Assembly: GCA_052246995.1 (NCBI GenBank)
Contig: JBQPWD010000002.1
Span: forward strand, 128,001 to 192,000
DNA from: Candidatus Bathyarchaeota archaeon
GTDB lineage: Archaea > Thermoproteota > Bathyarchaeia > Hecatellales > Hecatellaceae
DNA: 64,000 nt
Reading direction: 5' to 3'
In this document: piece by piece, positions 37,033 to 47,383 of the stretch
How the letters are laid out: every line of letters starts with the position of its first letter
Numbering within the stretch: the first letter of the stretch is position 1
Made by a program: the position numbers and the translations under genes
Notes under the pieces: model-generated
Database searches by the model: none
What the model saw: the letters and a program-made list of their open reading frames with translations, nothing else
Told to the model about the DNA's origin: nothing

Positions 37033-37063
37033 TGATAAAACTTATAAGATAAGTTTTTATATA
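37033..37063 (+). promoter_or_regulatory. candidate operator abutting the lysW TATA box
   Basis: TGATAAAACTTATAA (37033-37047), overlapping the inverted repeat AAAACTTAT-AAG-ATAAGTTTT (37037-37057); TTTATATA at 37056-37063. Confidence 0.55.
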
Positions 37064-37102
37064 GCTTTAACGTCAACATAACAACTGTTAATGTGATAAA
37101 GA

Positions 37103-37276
37103 ATGAAAACTGTATGTCCAGAATGTGGTGCCGAGTTTGAAACACCCCAAGATGTAGTCATAGGTGAAATTTTAACATGTCCTGAATGTGGTTTAGAGTT
37201 GGAGGTAACAAGTATAGAGAAGTGTAATGTAGAAGTTAAACCTTCCCAAGTTTCAGGTGAAGATTGGGGAGAGTGA
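37103..37276 (+). CDS. lysW: amino-group carrier protein LysW (missing from the ORF track, 57 aa)
   Basis: MKTVCPECG...LTCPECGLELEV...GEDWGE*: two CxxC motifs and the diagnostic C-terminal EDWGE. Confidence 0.97.
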   Translation: MKTVCPECGAEFETPQDVVIGEILTCPECGLELEVTSIEKCNVEVKPSQVSGEDWGE

Positions 37277-38137
37277 TTGGGGATCATCATTGGTATTGTT
37301 TATGATCAAATTCGGTGGGAAGAAAAAGCAATAATAGAAACAGCCAAAACTAGAGGTATAAACGTAAACTTAATAGATGCAAAACAAAGTTTCTTTAACA
37401 TTACACGTGAAGATGACTATAGTTCAAAAAATCTTGGAGATGTTCTACTTCAAAGATGCATAAGTTACTTTAGAAATCTTCACCTCACCGCAATTCTTGA
37501 AAGTAAAGGATATTACGTAGTAAACCCTTATAATGTTTCAAGCATATGCGGAAATAAGCTTTTAACAACCATTGCACTATCAAAAGCAGGAATACCGACA
37601 CCTGAAACTTATGTTGCGTTTACACCGGAAGGAGCGTTTTCAGCATTTAAGAAGTTAAATCGTCCAGTAATGTTGAAACCTATCGTTGGAAGCTGGGGTA
37701 GACTTATTGTACCCTTAAAGGATGAAGAAACAGCTAGAGCTGTTTTTGAAGAAAGAGAATACATGTTTCCGCTTTATCAAGTTTATTATATTCAGGATAT
37801 GGTAAAAAGACCTCCAAGAGATATCAGAACATTTGTCATAGATGATGAAGTTATAGCTGCAATCTATAGATACTCGTTTACAGATGTTAAGACAAATATT
37901 GCAAGAGGAGGTAAAGCAGAATACTGCCAAATAACTGATGAGCTTAGAGAGCTTAGTCTTAAAGCAGCTGAAACGGTTGGCGGAGGAATTTTAGGAGTAG
38001 ATATGATGGAAACGGAGAATGGTCTTGTTGTTCATGAAATAAATCATACTGTTGAATTTAAAGCCACTGTTGAAGCAACAGGAGTAAACATACCCAAGTA
38101 TATTGTGGGATATCTTATTAGAAAAGCTAAAAAATAG
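37277..38137 (+). CDS. lysX: LysW ligase, LysX/ArgX (RimK ATP-grasp)
   Basis: RWEEK, QRC.S, KPIVGSWGR, RDIR, TNIARGG, EIN..VEFK. Confidence 0.92.
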   Translation: MGIIIGIVYDQIRWEEKAIIETAKTRGINVNLIDAKQSFFNITREDDYSSKNLGDVLLQRCISYFRNLHLTAILESKGYYVVNPYNVSSICGNKLLTTIALSKAGIPTPETYVAFTPEGAFSAFKKLNRPVMLKPIVGSWGRLIVPLKDEETARAVFEEREYMFPLYQVYYIQDMVKRPPRDIRTFVIDDEVIAAIYRYSFTDVKTNIARGGKAEYCQITDELRELSLKAAETVGGGILGVDMMETENGLVVHEINHTVEFKATVEATGVNIPKYIVGYLIRKAKK

Positions 38138-38169
38138 AAATATTTAATGTTAAATAAAAAACTGAAAAG

Positions 38170-39234
38170 ATGAGAAATTTGGTTCGGGTTGGAATAATCG
38201 GCGGTTCAGGGTACACTGGTGGAGAACTTTTAAGGTTCCTTCTTTTTCATCCAAAAGTCGAGCTAACTCACATAACTTCCAGAGAATATGCTGGTGAACA
38301 TATTTTTAGAGTTCATCCAAATTTAAGAGGTTTAACAAAACTTCAATTTGATAAACCTGACATATCAAAAACAATAAGCTTATGTGACCTCGTATTTGTT
38401 GCCACACCACACGGAGTATCTTCAAAACTTACCCCAAAAATTTTGGAGGCGGGATTAAAAGTTATAGATTTAAGCGCAGATTTTAGACTTAAAGATCCAG
38501 TTGAGTATGAAAAATGGTATGGTTGGCAGCATCCACACCCTGAACTTTTAAAAGATGCGATATATGGAGTTCCGGAGCTTTATAGAGATAAAATTAGAAA
38601 TGCTAGGCTTATAGCCTGCCCAGGATGTATGGCTGTGGCAGCTATACTCAGTCTGGCACCCGTTTTTAAAGAAAAAATTGTTGAAGAAGATAGAGTGGTT
38701 GTTGATGTTAAAATAGGGTCGTCTGGTGCAGGAGCAAAACCTACACGCTCAACCCATCACTCTGAAAGATATGGGGTTATCAGACCCTACAAGCCTGCGG
38801 GACATAGACATACCGCTGAAATAGAACAAGAATTAAAAGCAATTTCAGGTTTAAATGTTAAGGTAGCTATGTCTGCTCATGCAGTAAATATTGTAAGAGG
38901 TATTCTTTCGACATCCCATACATTTTTGACTAGAGAGGTTAGTATAACTGAAATCTGGAAGATTTACCGCTCCTTCTATAAGGATGAACCATTTATTAGA
39001 TTTATTAAGGACAAAAAAGGCTTATACAAGCTTCCAGATCCTAAAATTATTTTAGGTTCAAACTTTTGTGATATAGGGTTTGAGGTTGATGAACATTGCA
39101 ACAGACTTGTAGTTTTAGGGGCAATAGACAACCTAGTAAAAGGAGCAGCAGGTATAGCTGTTCAAAACATGAATATTCTTCTAGGATTTGACGAAAAAGA
39201 TGGGCTTATCCAGCCACCTATACATCCAGTGTAG
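38170..39234 (+). CDS. lysY: LysW-aminoadipyl/glutamyl-phosphate reductase (ArgC family)
   Basis: GGSGYTG, DLSADFR, YGVPE, PGC, GSSGAG, HRHTAE, DNLVKGAAG. Confidence 0.93.
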   Translation: MRNLVRVGIIGGSGYTGGELLRFLLFHPKVELTHITSREYAGEHIFRVHPNLRGLTKLQFDKPDISKTISLCDLVFVATPHGVSSKLTPKILEAGLKVIDLSADFRLKDPVEYEKWYGWQHPHPELLKDAIYGVPELYRDKIRNARLIACPGCMAVAAILSLAPVFKEKIVEEDRVVVDVKIGSSGAGAKPTRSTHHSERYGVIRPYKPAGHRHTAEIEQELKAISGLNVKVAMSAHAVNIVRGILSTSHTFLTREVSITEIWKIYRSFYKDEPFIRFIKDKKGLYKLPDPKIILGSNFCDIGFEVDEHCNRLVVLGAIDNLVKGAAGIAVQNMNILLGFDEKDGLIQPPIHPV

Positions 39235-39468
39235 ACATTTTGTTAAAAATGTTAAAAAAGAATTTTTTTAGCTTCTTTGCAGTAAAATCTCACTTACAAC
39301 AAAGATAGGAATAGTTGTTAGAAAGATGGTCAAGTAAAAGATATTAAAGATAAAAATAGCTTTAAGTTAACAATAATTTAAAAAATCATGGGCTAAAATT
39401 TTAAATAAAAGTGAAATCTTTTTAGGAGTGTTTATGTTAAATTTTTGATGTTTCAGGTGAAACAAAAA

Positions 39469-40287
39469 TTGCAGTTTAAAACTTTTGTGGTTAAGATTGG
39501 TGGAAGTATTTTAAAGTCAGAATTTCCTGAAGGGTTAAAAGAAGACCTTAAAAAGCTTTACATGAATAGTAAAGTTGTCCTTGTTCATGGTGGAGCCGAT
39601 GTTGTAACTCAAGTTGCTGAAGCAATGGGGAAACAGCAAAAGTTTATTATTTCACCTGATGGTATGCGCAGCCGTTATACTGACAAAGAAACAGTGGAAA
39701 TTTATACAATGGTTATGGCTGGAAAAATAAATAAACAGATCGTAGCGGCACTTCATCAATACAATATTAAAGCTGTAGGTCTTAGTGGTGTTGACGGTTT
39801 TCTTTTAAAGGCTATAAGAAAAAAGAAGCTTATAATCTTAGATGAAAGGGGAAGAAAAGTTGCTATTGATGGAGGTTACACTGGTAAGATTGAATGTGTA
39901 AACGTTGAACTTTTAAACAATCTGTTAAACTTAGGCTATCTTCCTGTTGTTGCTCCTATAGCAATGGATGACGAATACAACATTTTAAATGTTGATAGCG
40001 ACCGGGCTGCTGCATATATTGCCGCAGCTTTAAAAGCTGATGGAATGTTAATTTGCACGGATGTTGAAGGTTTAATACTTAATGGGAGTGTTGTTCCAAG
40101 GATAAGTATAGCTGATGCCAAAGAAAAGATTCCATTGATAGGACATGGAATGAAAAAGAAGATTTATGCTGCTGTTGAGGCTTTGGAAGCTGGTGTTAAA
40201 AATGTTTTTATAACTTCTGGCTTTATAAGTAACCCTTTAAGTTTAGCTTTAAACTATAAGGCGGGAACCTTAATTGTCCATGAGTAG
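39469..40287 (+). CDS. lysZ: LysW-aminoadipate/glutamate kinase (ArgB family)
   Basis: VKIGGS, VHGG, SRYTD, GGYTGKI, NVDSDRAA, GMKKK. TTG 39469 follows SD AGGTGA. Confidence 0.92.
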   Translation: MQFKTFVVKIGGSILKSEFPEGLKEDLKKLYMNSKVVLVHGGADVVTQVAEAMGKQQKFIISPDGMRSRYTDKETVEIYTMVMAGKINKQIVAALHQYNIKAVGLSGVDGFLLKAIRKKKLIILDERGRKVAIDGGYTGKIECVNVELLNNLLNLGYLPVVAPIAMDDEYNILNVDSDRAAAYIAAALKADGMLICTDVEGLILNGSVVPRISIADAKEKIPLIGHGMKKKIYAAVEALEAGVKNVFITSGFISNPLSLALNYKAGTLIVHE

Positions 40288-41476
40288 AGATGAAATAATA
40301 AAATTTGAAGATGAGTATCTAGCAAAAGTGTACCATAAAAGGAGCATTGTGGTTGCACAAGGAAAAGACTCTATAATTTGGGATGTTAATGGCAAACAAT
40401 ATGTGGATTGCATGGCAGGTTATGGTGCAGCTTTTGTTGGGCACTCAAACACAAAAATTGTTGAAGCAATAAAGAAACAAGCTGAAAAACTTATTTCATG
40501 TCATTGTTCACTCTATAACGAAGCTAGAGCTCAGCTTTTAAAAAGATTGTCTAAAATTGTGCCTGCAAGTTTACATAAAGTTTTTTTATCAAACAGTGGG
40601 GCTGAAGCTGTAGAGGCAGCATTAAAATTTGCTAGAAAGTTTACAGGAAAAAAGGAAATTATTGCAATGATTAGAAGTTACCACGGTAAAACGTTTGGTG
40701 CACTTTCAGTAACATGGAATCAAAAGTACAGAGCATCTTTTGAACCTTTAATCCCAAACGTGAAGTTTGTTCCTTTTGGTGATGCTGAAAAAGTTGAAAA
40801 AACTGTTAGTAATGATACTGCCGCAATAATTGTTGAACCAATTCAAGGAGAAGCTGGTGTTTATATCCCACCTGAGGATTACCTTAAGCAATTGAGAGAA
40901 ATTGCTGATAGAAAAGGCTTAATTTTAATTTTTGATGAAGTTCAAACAGGATTTGCAAGAACAGGTAAAATGTTTGCTTTTGAACATTGGAATACTATTC
41001 CTGATATTCTTTGCTTAGCCAAATCTGCAGGAGGAGGAGTACCCATAGGAATTACTATGGGTAGAGAAGACATAATGTCAAGTTTAAGTATCGGAGAACA
41101 CTCAAGCACGTTTGGTGGAAATCCTTTGGCTTGTGCAGCCGCTTCAGCAACAATAGATGTTCTAGTTGAGGAGAAAGCATGGGAAATAACATCAAAACTT
41201 GGAGACTACTTTGTAAATGCTTTAAAAAATTCCTGTGAAAAATTTAGGATTCTCAGGGAGGTTAGAGGGTTGGGATTAATGGTTGCCGTTGAATTAAGGT
41301 TTGATGTCCTCGATGTTATAGAAAATATGCAGGAAAAGGGAGTTATAGTGTTAAGTTCAGGAAGGAATATTTTAAGGTTTTTGCCTTCATATAAGATTAC
41401 AAGGGAACAACTAAACTTTGTAGTAGAAGTTTTAAAAAGTTGTTTAGAAGAAAAAGAAAAAAGAGTTTTTAGTTAA
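40274..41476 (+). CDS. lysJ: LysW-semialdehyde transaminase (ArgD family)
   Basis: SNSGAEA, YHGKT, EPIQGE, DEVQTG.RTG, HSSTFGGNP. Confidence 0.92.
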   Translation: MSMSRDEIIKFEDEYLAKVYHKRSIVVAQGKDSIIWDVNGKQYVDCMAGYGAAFVGHSNTKIVEAIKKQAEKLISCHCSLYNEARAQLLKRLSKIVPASLHKVFLSNSGAEAVEAALKFARKFTGKKEIIAMIRSYHGKTFGALSVTWNQKYRASFEPLIPNVKFVPFGDAEKVEKTVSNDTAAIIVEPIQGEAGVYIPPEDYLKQLREIADRKGLILIFDEVQTGFARTGKMFAFEHWNTIPDILCLAKSAGGGVPIGITMGREDIMSSLSIGEHSSTFGGNPLACAAASATIDVLVEEKAWEITSKLGDYFVNALKNSCEKFRILREVRGLGLMVAVELRFDVLDVIENMQEKGVIVLSSGRNILRFLPSYKITREQLNFVVEVLKSCLEEKEKRVFS

Positions 41477-42240
41477 ACAAATAAGTCTTGTTTTATTGGT
41501 CTAGCTAGTATTGAAGCCTTAGCATTGTTGTTTTTAACATATTTTGTGTAGCCCTTAATTATTGCTACAGGAACCCCCTCATCAGCTTCACCTATAATAA
41601 GCTCTGCAGCTGATGCAAGTTCATCAGCTATTGCTATTTGTTTAACCTTTAACGTGTAACCAAAAAGGTCCTTTTCACCTCTTCTATCAAGAATAGGATT
41701 TAAACCCGAAACCCCTATAGCGATGTTAACTTGACCCATTCTTAAAGGTCTACCTGACGTATCTGAGATTATTACCGCAACATCTCTATCAGTTAACTTT
41801 TTAATTTTATTTCTAATTTTTCTAGCGGATTCATCAGGATCTCTTGGTAAAGTTGTAACACTATCCCCACCAGAAACATTGGACACGTCTACCCCGGAGT
41901 TTGCGCAAATAAACCCATGTTTTGTCTGAGTTATCAAGTTTTTACCCCTAAGCCTAATAATTCGCTTTGATTCCCTTAAAATTACCTCAACAATTTCCGC
42001 AGGTTTGGATGTAAGCTCAGAAATTATTTTTGCTTGAACGCTTGGCTTAATTTTTTTAAGCGTAAAAATTAATCCTTCAGCTTTTGAAACTATTGTTTGA
42101 GAAATAACTAAAATATCATTATCCTCAAGTTTTAATCCTTGTTTTTTAATAGCGTCACAAACAATCTCTGCTATATCATCTCCGGGTTTAATTATTGGTA
42201 TACCCTTTACACCTATAATTTCAAGTCTGTCATTATTCAA
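41473..42240 (-). CDS. cofE: coenzyme F420-0:L-glutamate ligase
   Basis: IVSKAEG, ANSGVD.SN, LP.DPD.SA, SDTSGRP.R.G, ADELA.AA. Confidence 0.93.
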   Translation of the reverse strand: MNNDRLEIIGVKGIPIIKPGDDIAEIVCDAIKKQGLKLEDNDILVISQTIVSKAEGLIFTLKKIKPSVQAKIISELTSKPAEIVEVILRESKRIIRLRGKNLITQTKHGFICANSGVDVSNVSGGDSVTTLPRDPDESARKIRNKIKKLTDRDVAVIISDTSGRPLRMGQVNIAIGVSGLNPILDRRGEKDLFGYTLKVKQIAIADELASAAELIIGEADEGVPVAIIKGYTKYVKNNNAKASILARPIKQDLFV

Positions 42241-42259
42241 ACTTAACCACCTTAAACAT

Positions 42260-44101
42260 TTAATACAGCGGCCTTAAACTAATCCGCCTAGGTAGATGTA
42301 GCGGTCTCCAAGGATATCCCCCAATTCTATTTTTTACCTCGTCAATGAATTCTTTCAAAGTAATTTTTTTACGAGTATTAAATTCCCTGAATCTTACATC
42401 AAGTTTTCCACTTTCAACTTCTTCGCTTCCAATTACAATAATGTATGGAATCCAAGATACCTCAGCTCTTCTAACCTTTTTTGCTAAAGTTTCATCCAAA
42501 TCGTCAACGTCAACTCTAATTCCTTCTTTCTCAAGTTCCTCTAAAACTTTTAGTGAAAAGCTAAGATGATCCTTTGAAACAGGTATGATCCTAGCTTGAA
42601 TTGGTGAAAGCCATACTGGAAGCATTGGCAACTTTCCCATTTTTTCATTTTTTACAGCAGAATCAAAAATTGTGAAAATGTATCTTTCAATTGTACCTAT
42701 AAGTGCTGTATGAATTATAACCGGGTAGGTCTTATCTCCGCTTGAGGTAGTATATGTAATGTTAAACCTTTTCGCGTTTCCAGTATCTATCTGGAATGTT
42801 GCAATCTCTCTTGGACGTTTAAGCTCATCAACTATATGGTACTCAACATTTAAAACCCAGTAGTAGATGTTTTCTGGAACAAAACAGAGAAGTATAGGTT
42901 TACCTTCAACTTCAACAAGTTTTTTAAATAAATCCATGTTCTTGCTAAAAAAGCTTTCAGTTGTGTTATACAGGGAAACGTAGTCTCTTCCAAGCTTTCT
43001 AATTTCTTCATATATTTTTTCGTGAACTTTTAAAGCGAAATGTTTGGCTTCTTCAATATCTCTACAGAATATATGTAAGTCTGGCATGTGAAGTTTTCTA
43101 ACTCTGAAGCAAAGTAGAAGCTCACCTTCCTGCTCAAACCTGTAACTGTCAGCAAGCTCGTAAACTCCAAAGGGTAAATCCTTGTAGCTAATAATCCAGT
43201 CTTTAACCATTGCAAATTGTTGATGACAAGCAGCATACCTTAAAATTAGCCTCCGCTTATCTGTTTGTATCTCATAGAGTCTTCCACCAAAAAGTTTAGC
43301 ATGCTCACTAACCGCTGGAATTGAAAGGTCAAACATATTTGTTCCGTGAACACGGTAAACTGGAATATCTAAAGAATCTACAAGCTTAGACGCGTAATCA
43401 GCGGCAAGCTCAAAAATTAAACTAGCCTCCGGACCATACCTCATATGACCAACATCAGAAAACTGTTCCCACGTAATACCAAACTTTTTACAATAATCAA
43501 GAAATCTTGGTTTTTCCCCACCAGGTAATTCTTGTCCTAAGGCTTCTTTCAAAACAAGAATCTTAAATTCTTCCTCTCCGCTTGTAAACTTGTAACTAGC
43601 AGGATCCATGATTTCCATGTTTGTAGTTAAGATTTTATAGATGTTTTTTTGTGGTTTTTCGTGGTAAACAACTTCTTCAGGTACTATTGTACGTGAAAGC
43701 TCTGAGAGGGGATGACCCTTACATTCTATACTAAAGCTTTTATACCAGCCAAAAGGAGCAAGATTAACGTTAAAGTTTGCCTTGTTAAGTATCTCCTTTA
43801 ATGCTTCAAGGATTTTTTTCGCGTTTAGTGGTGATGCAAGCTCAGATGAAAGGTGAGCATAAGGATAAATAACAATATTTTCTACTTTAACGGTGTTAGC
43901 AACATCTTTAACAGCTTCCAGTGCTTTCTCTACTACTTGTTTAGGATTTTTTTCATCAACTTTTTCTACAGCGCAAAAAGCTACTAAAACTTCAGATGTT
44001 GAGTATAATTTACGATTTGTATCTAAATCCTCTGCTTCTTTTAATGCTTTTTCTCTAACCGTGTAACTAAATTTGTCTGCATGAATAAAAAGAAGTCTCA
44101 T
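42260..44101 (-). CDS. thrS: threonyl-tRNA synthetase, archaeal type with N-terminal editing domain
   Basis: MRLLFIH, YPYAHLS, PFGWYK, GHPLSELSR, LRYAAC, MPDLH, IIH...GTIER. Confidence 0.96.
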   Translation of the reverse strand: MRLLFIHADKFSYTVREKALKEAEDLDTNRKLYSTSEVLVAFCAVEKVDEKNPKQVVEKALEAVKDVANTVKVENIVIYPYAHLSSELASPLNAKKILEALKEILNKANFNVNLAPFGWYKSFSIECKGHPLSELSRTIVPEEVVYHEKPQKNIYKILTTNMEIMDPASYKFTSGEEEFKILVLKEALGQELPGGEKPRFLDYCKKFGITWEQFSDVGHMRYGPEASLIFELAADYASKLVDSLDIPVYRVHGTNMFDLSIPAVSEHAKLFGGRLYEIQTDKRRLILRYAACHQQFAMVKDWIISYKDLPFGVYELADSYRFEQEGELLLCFRVRKLHMPDLHIFCRDIEEAKHFALKVHEKIYEEIRKLGRDYVSLYNTTESFFSKNMDLFKKLVEVEGKPILLCFVPENIYYWVLNVEYHIVDELKRPREIATFQIDTGNAKRFNITYTTSSGDKTYPVIIHTALIGTIERYIFTIFDSAVKNEKMGKLPMLPVWLSPIQARIIPVSKDHLSFSLKVLEELEKEGIRVDVDDLDETLAKKVRRAEVSWIPYIIVIGSEEVESGKLDVRFREFNTRKKITLKEFIDEVKNRIGGYPWRPLHLPRRISLRPLY

Positions 44102-44331
44102 CTAAAATCGCCTACCTTATCCCACCTCCACCTTTCAATCATTTTTTCCTTCTTGGAATTCTTTTTAAACTGCTTATAATGAAAATTGCATAGGTAAGCC
44201 TTCTTACCAGCAACCACATCTAAACCCTTAAGTCGAGTTTTTTCAGCGGAAATAGCTCTAACAGCATTTTCTTTGCATCCAACTACACTACATTTAATTT
44301 CCGAGTTTACCTTCTTCATGAAGATGCACAC
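44098..44331 (-). CDS. small basic putative zinc-finger protein
   Basis: CSVVGC...YLCNFHY; stop overlaps the thrS start (ATGA). Confidence 0.7.
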   Translation of the reverse strand: MCIFMKKVNSEIKCSVVGCKENAVRAISAEKTRLKGLDVVAGKKAYLCNFHYKQFKKNSKKEKMIERWRWDKVGDFR

Positions 44332-44440
44332 TTTTACAGAATTTTCTTTATACTTATGAAGGTTAAATAGTCTATCTTAACTTTTTAGGTTAAGTTTTAA
44401 ATAAGGATGGATTAAATGGTTTTTAATAAAGTGGGAGACT

Positions 44441-45040
44441 TTGCTTTCAAGAATTAAAAAGAAGATTGAGGAAAAACTTACAAAACCCGCCAAATTCTTA
44501 TTGAAGATTGGTTTTACACCCATAACTTTAACACTTTTAAATTTAGCTTTATCTATTATTGCAACAATCTTTTACCTTTATGCCTCAATATCAAATCCAA
44601 GTTACCATCTTCTACTTGCAGCTCTCTTTCTTTCTCTTTCAGGTTTTTGTGACATGCTAGATGGAGTAGTTGCAAGAGTAGGAAACATGGTAACCAGATT
44701 GGGCAACTTTTTAGATTCGATTGTTGATAGATACTCGGATGTACTCATACTATCAGCCATAACGATTTATTGTATGAATAACATAATACTTTTACCCCTA
44801 TTTTTTTGGGGGTTAGCAGCAATAGCAGGTTCTATCCTTACAAGCTACGTAAGAGTTAAAGCTGAAAGTTTAAACATAAGATTAGAAGGTGTCGGTTTAA
44901 TCGAGAGGCCTGAAAGGCTGCTCATCATAATTTTAACCACGATTGTTTTCCATCCTGAAATAGGGGTTGTAGTTTTAGCTTTGCTTACAAATTTAACGGT
45001 GTTTCATAGGGTGATTTATGTTAGCAAAATTTTAAGATAG
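44441..45040 (+). CDS. CDP-alcohol phosphatidyltransferase (archaetidylinositol-phosphate synthase-like)
   Basis: DMLDGVVAR...GNFLDSIVDRYSD, SYVRVKAE, ERPER. Confidence 0.92.
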   Translation: MLSRIKKKIEEKLTKPAKFLLKIGFTPITLTLLNLALSIIATIFYLYASISNPSYHLLLAALFLSLSGFCDMLDGVVARVGNMVTRLGNFLDSIVDRYSDVLILSAITIYCMNNIILLPLFFWGLAAIAGSILTSYVRVKAESLNIRLEGVGLIERPERLLIIILTTIVFHPEIGVVVLALLTNLTVFHRVIYVSKILR

Positions 45041-45043
45041 CGA

Positions 45044-45379
45044 TTAATGTTCTGTATCCTTTTTTTCAAGCATTTTAATAATCTTATTTAAAAACTTTTT
45101 ACCGTTATCCAATGCTAAAAATCCCTTTTCAGTAATTATATAATACTTTCTTCTAAACATTCCTTCACTATCCCTTTTTTTAATAAGTCCTTCTCTCTCC
45201 ATCTTATACAAAACAATGTACGTGGTAACGGTTGCAACAGGTATTTGATACTTTTCTTTTAAAACTTTTGCAATCTCATACGCATACATAGACCTTGTTG
45301 AAAGTTCTGTTAGAATGTAAAGCCAAAGATTTTCCTTAGTTACCTTTGAAATAAGTCTTTTAATACTCATACCAACCAA
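45044..45379 (-). CDS. PadR-family transcription regulator
   Basis: YAYEI, YIVLYKMEREGLI, RKYYIITEKG. Confidence 0.9.
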   Translation of the reverse strand: MVGMSIKRLISKVTKENLWLYILTELSTRSMYAYEIAKVLKEKYQIPVATVTTYIVLYKMEREGLIKKRDSEGMFRRKYYIITEKGFLALDNGKKFLNKIIKMLEKKDTEH

Positions 45380-45404
45380 AACTAAGTTAAGGTTACAGTT
45401 TGGC

Positions 45405-45689
45405 TTACAGTGGCTTTGAGATTTTTCTTTCCTCTCTAGACCTGACTTTTACAATACCCCTGTAAACTGCACATGACACACAATAATACTTTGTAACCCT
45501 TTCTCTTGGAATGTATGCTCCATGAGCCTCTAGTTCCTTTGCTAAAGACGAGTCTACAAATGACACCCATCTAGTAACTTTTTTAGCTTTATCTCTAGGA
45601 ACAAGACATCCACATCCGTCACAGTGGATAAGCTCGCTTCTTCCCTTTCCACCTTTTGCCCTTCCCCTACTTTTTCTCTTTTTAGGCAT
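45405..45689 (-). CDS. rps26e: 30S ribosomal protein S26e
   Basis: MPKKRKSRGR, CDGCG..VPRDKA, YCVSCA...IVKVRS. Confidence 0.96.
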   Translation of the reverse strand: MPKKRKSRGRAKGGKGRSELIHCDGCGCLVPRDKAKKVTRWVSFVDSSLAKELEAHGAYIPRERVTKYYCVSCAVYRGIVKVRSREERKISKPL

Positions 45690-45758
45690 TATTTAACTAC
45701 CTACAGCATGTAATTTTAAATCTAACCTAAAAAATAATGATAGATTCTTCTTAATAAA

Positions 45759-47213
45759 CTAATATGATTTTGCAAGTCTGATTATAAGTTCAGCTTTTTC
45801 TTGGCATATTATACATCTTTCTTCATTCTTATCATCAAAATTTTTATCAACGGGTACACCTAAAACATTTAAATTTGTTTTTTCTTCTAACATTAATCCA
45901 CACCTATCTTTCCCACACCATCCAGCTTCAAAAACAAACACACCATTATTTAACATTTTGACAATTTCTTCAACATCCCTAACCCTATAAATACGATTTA
46001 ACTGGAATTCCAACGCTCTTTTCCTCAGATTTTCTTCAATATCATTAAACATCTTTAAAACATTTTCAATAAGAGTATCATCTTTAACAACCTTTTTCTC
46101 AAGAAGATCCCTTCTGGTAAGCGTTACAGTTTTATTTTTGACATCCTGAGGCCCAATTTCAACCCTTACCGGAATACCTTTTAATTCCCATTCAAAAAAT
46201 TTTGAACCAGGTGTGAGTTTTTCTCTAAAATCCTCTACAACCCTTATATTAACATCTTTAAGCTGTTTGCTGATGTCTACACATTTTCTGTTAACATCCT
46301 CCTCATAACCCTTGTAAGGTATAGGTATAACTACAACCTGTATAGGAGCAATTTTTGGTGGAAGAACAAGCCCATGGTCATCTCCATGAATAGCTATTAA
46401 AGATGCAATAACTCTCTCAGAAATACCATAACATGTTTGCCACGCATAATCTCTTGTACCATCCATTTTCTCAAAGGTTATTTCAAAAGCTTTGGAAAAA
46501 TTCTGGTTAAGGTTGTGAATTGTGCCTATCTGTAAAGTTCGCCCATCTGGAAGTATTGTATCAAATGCTATTGAGTAAGATGCTCCTGCAAACTTATCCC
46601 AATCAGGCCTTCTAGATATAAGGTAAGGTATTCCTAGGTTATCAAAAAATTTCTTGTAGATTTCTACAGCCTCATTAATTTGCCTTTCTGCATCTTCAAA
46701 GGACTCGTGGAAGGTATGTGCTTCCTTGAATGTTGTTATTTCCCTCATTCGTATTAGTGGTCTTGTTGCCTTTGTTTCATATCGAAACACACTTACAACC
46801 TGATAAATCTTCTTCGGCAAATCTGCATGGGAACGTATCCATAATTTTAACATAGGGGCAATGGCCGTTTCACTTGTTGGTCTTAATGCCAGCTTCTCGT
46901 TCAGTTCTCTCCCTCCAGCATGAGTTACCCAGAACACCTGATTTTCAAAGCTTCTTATATGTTCAGATTCTTTACCAATCATTTCAGAAGTTATCATTAA
47001 AGGAAAAAGCACTTCTTCATGTCCTGTTTCATCTAAAAATTTGCATATTATGGATATGACGTTTTTTCTTATCTTAAAACCGTAGGGAAGCCAGACACCA
47101 CAACCCTTTATAGGATACCTATAATCTATAATTCCAGCATTTTCAATGATGTATTGGTACCACTCACTAAACTGGTTAAGCCATTTATCCCTTCTCACCA
47201 TTGAATTAATCAA
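45759..47213 (-). CDS. proS: prolyl-tRNA synthetase (archaeal/eukaryal type)
   Basis: FSEWY, LRPTSET, FRYETK, KFAGA, GISER, C-terminal AKSY. Confidence 0.97.
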   Translation of the reverse strand: MINSMVRRDKWLNQFSEWYQYIIENAGIIDYRYPIKGCGVWLPYGFKIRKNVISIICKFLDETGHEEVLFPLMITSEMIGKESEHIRSFENQVFWVTHAGGRELNEKLALRPTSETAIAPMLKLWIRSHADLPKKIYQVVSVFRYETKATRPLIRMREITTFKEAHTFHESFEDAERQINEAVEIYKKFFDNLGIPYLISRRPDWDKFAGASYSIAFDTILPDGRTLQIGTIHNLNQNFSKAFEITFEKMDGTRDYAWQTCYGISERVIASLIAIHGDDHGLVLPPKIAPIQVVVIPIPYKGYEEDVNRKCVDISKQLKDVNIRVVEDFREKLTPGSKFFEWELKGIPVRVEIGPQDVKNKTVTLTRRDLLEKKVVKDDTLIENVLKMFNDIEENLRKRALEFQLNRIYRVRDVEEIVKMLNNGVFVFEAGWCGKDRCGLMLEEKTNLNVLGVPVDKNFDDKNEERCIICQEKAELIIRLAKSY

Positions 47214-47383
47214 CCCCTAATTTAACACTTAACAAGGTTACAAGATATCCCCTAACAAGAAATTGTTTTTCGTTAAACAAGAACGTTTGCAACCATATAT
47301 TAAGATTTATGGGAATTTAGAGTTAAGCTTAAAAACCTTTTAATGGATTTTTGTGCACATAGCTCATAGAAGAGGTTTAAGGA

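Noticed and set aside
36928-37102. His-rich leader peptide upstream of hisA
   Set aside because: The leader is short and has no run of His codons. None was found for thrC or argG either.
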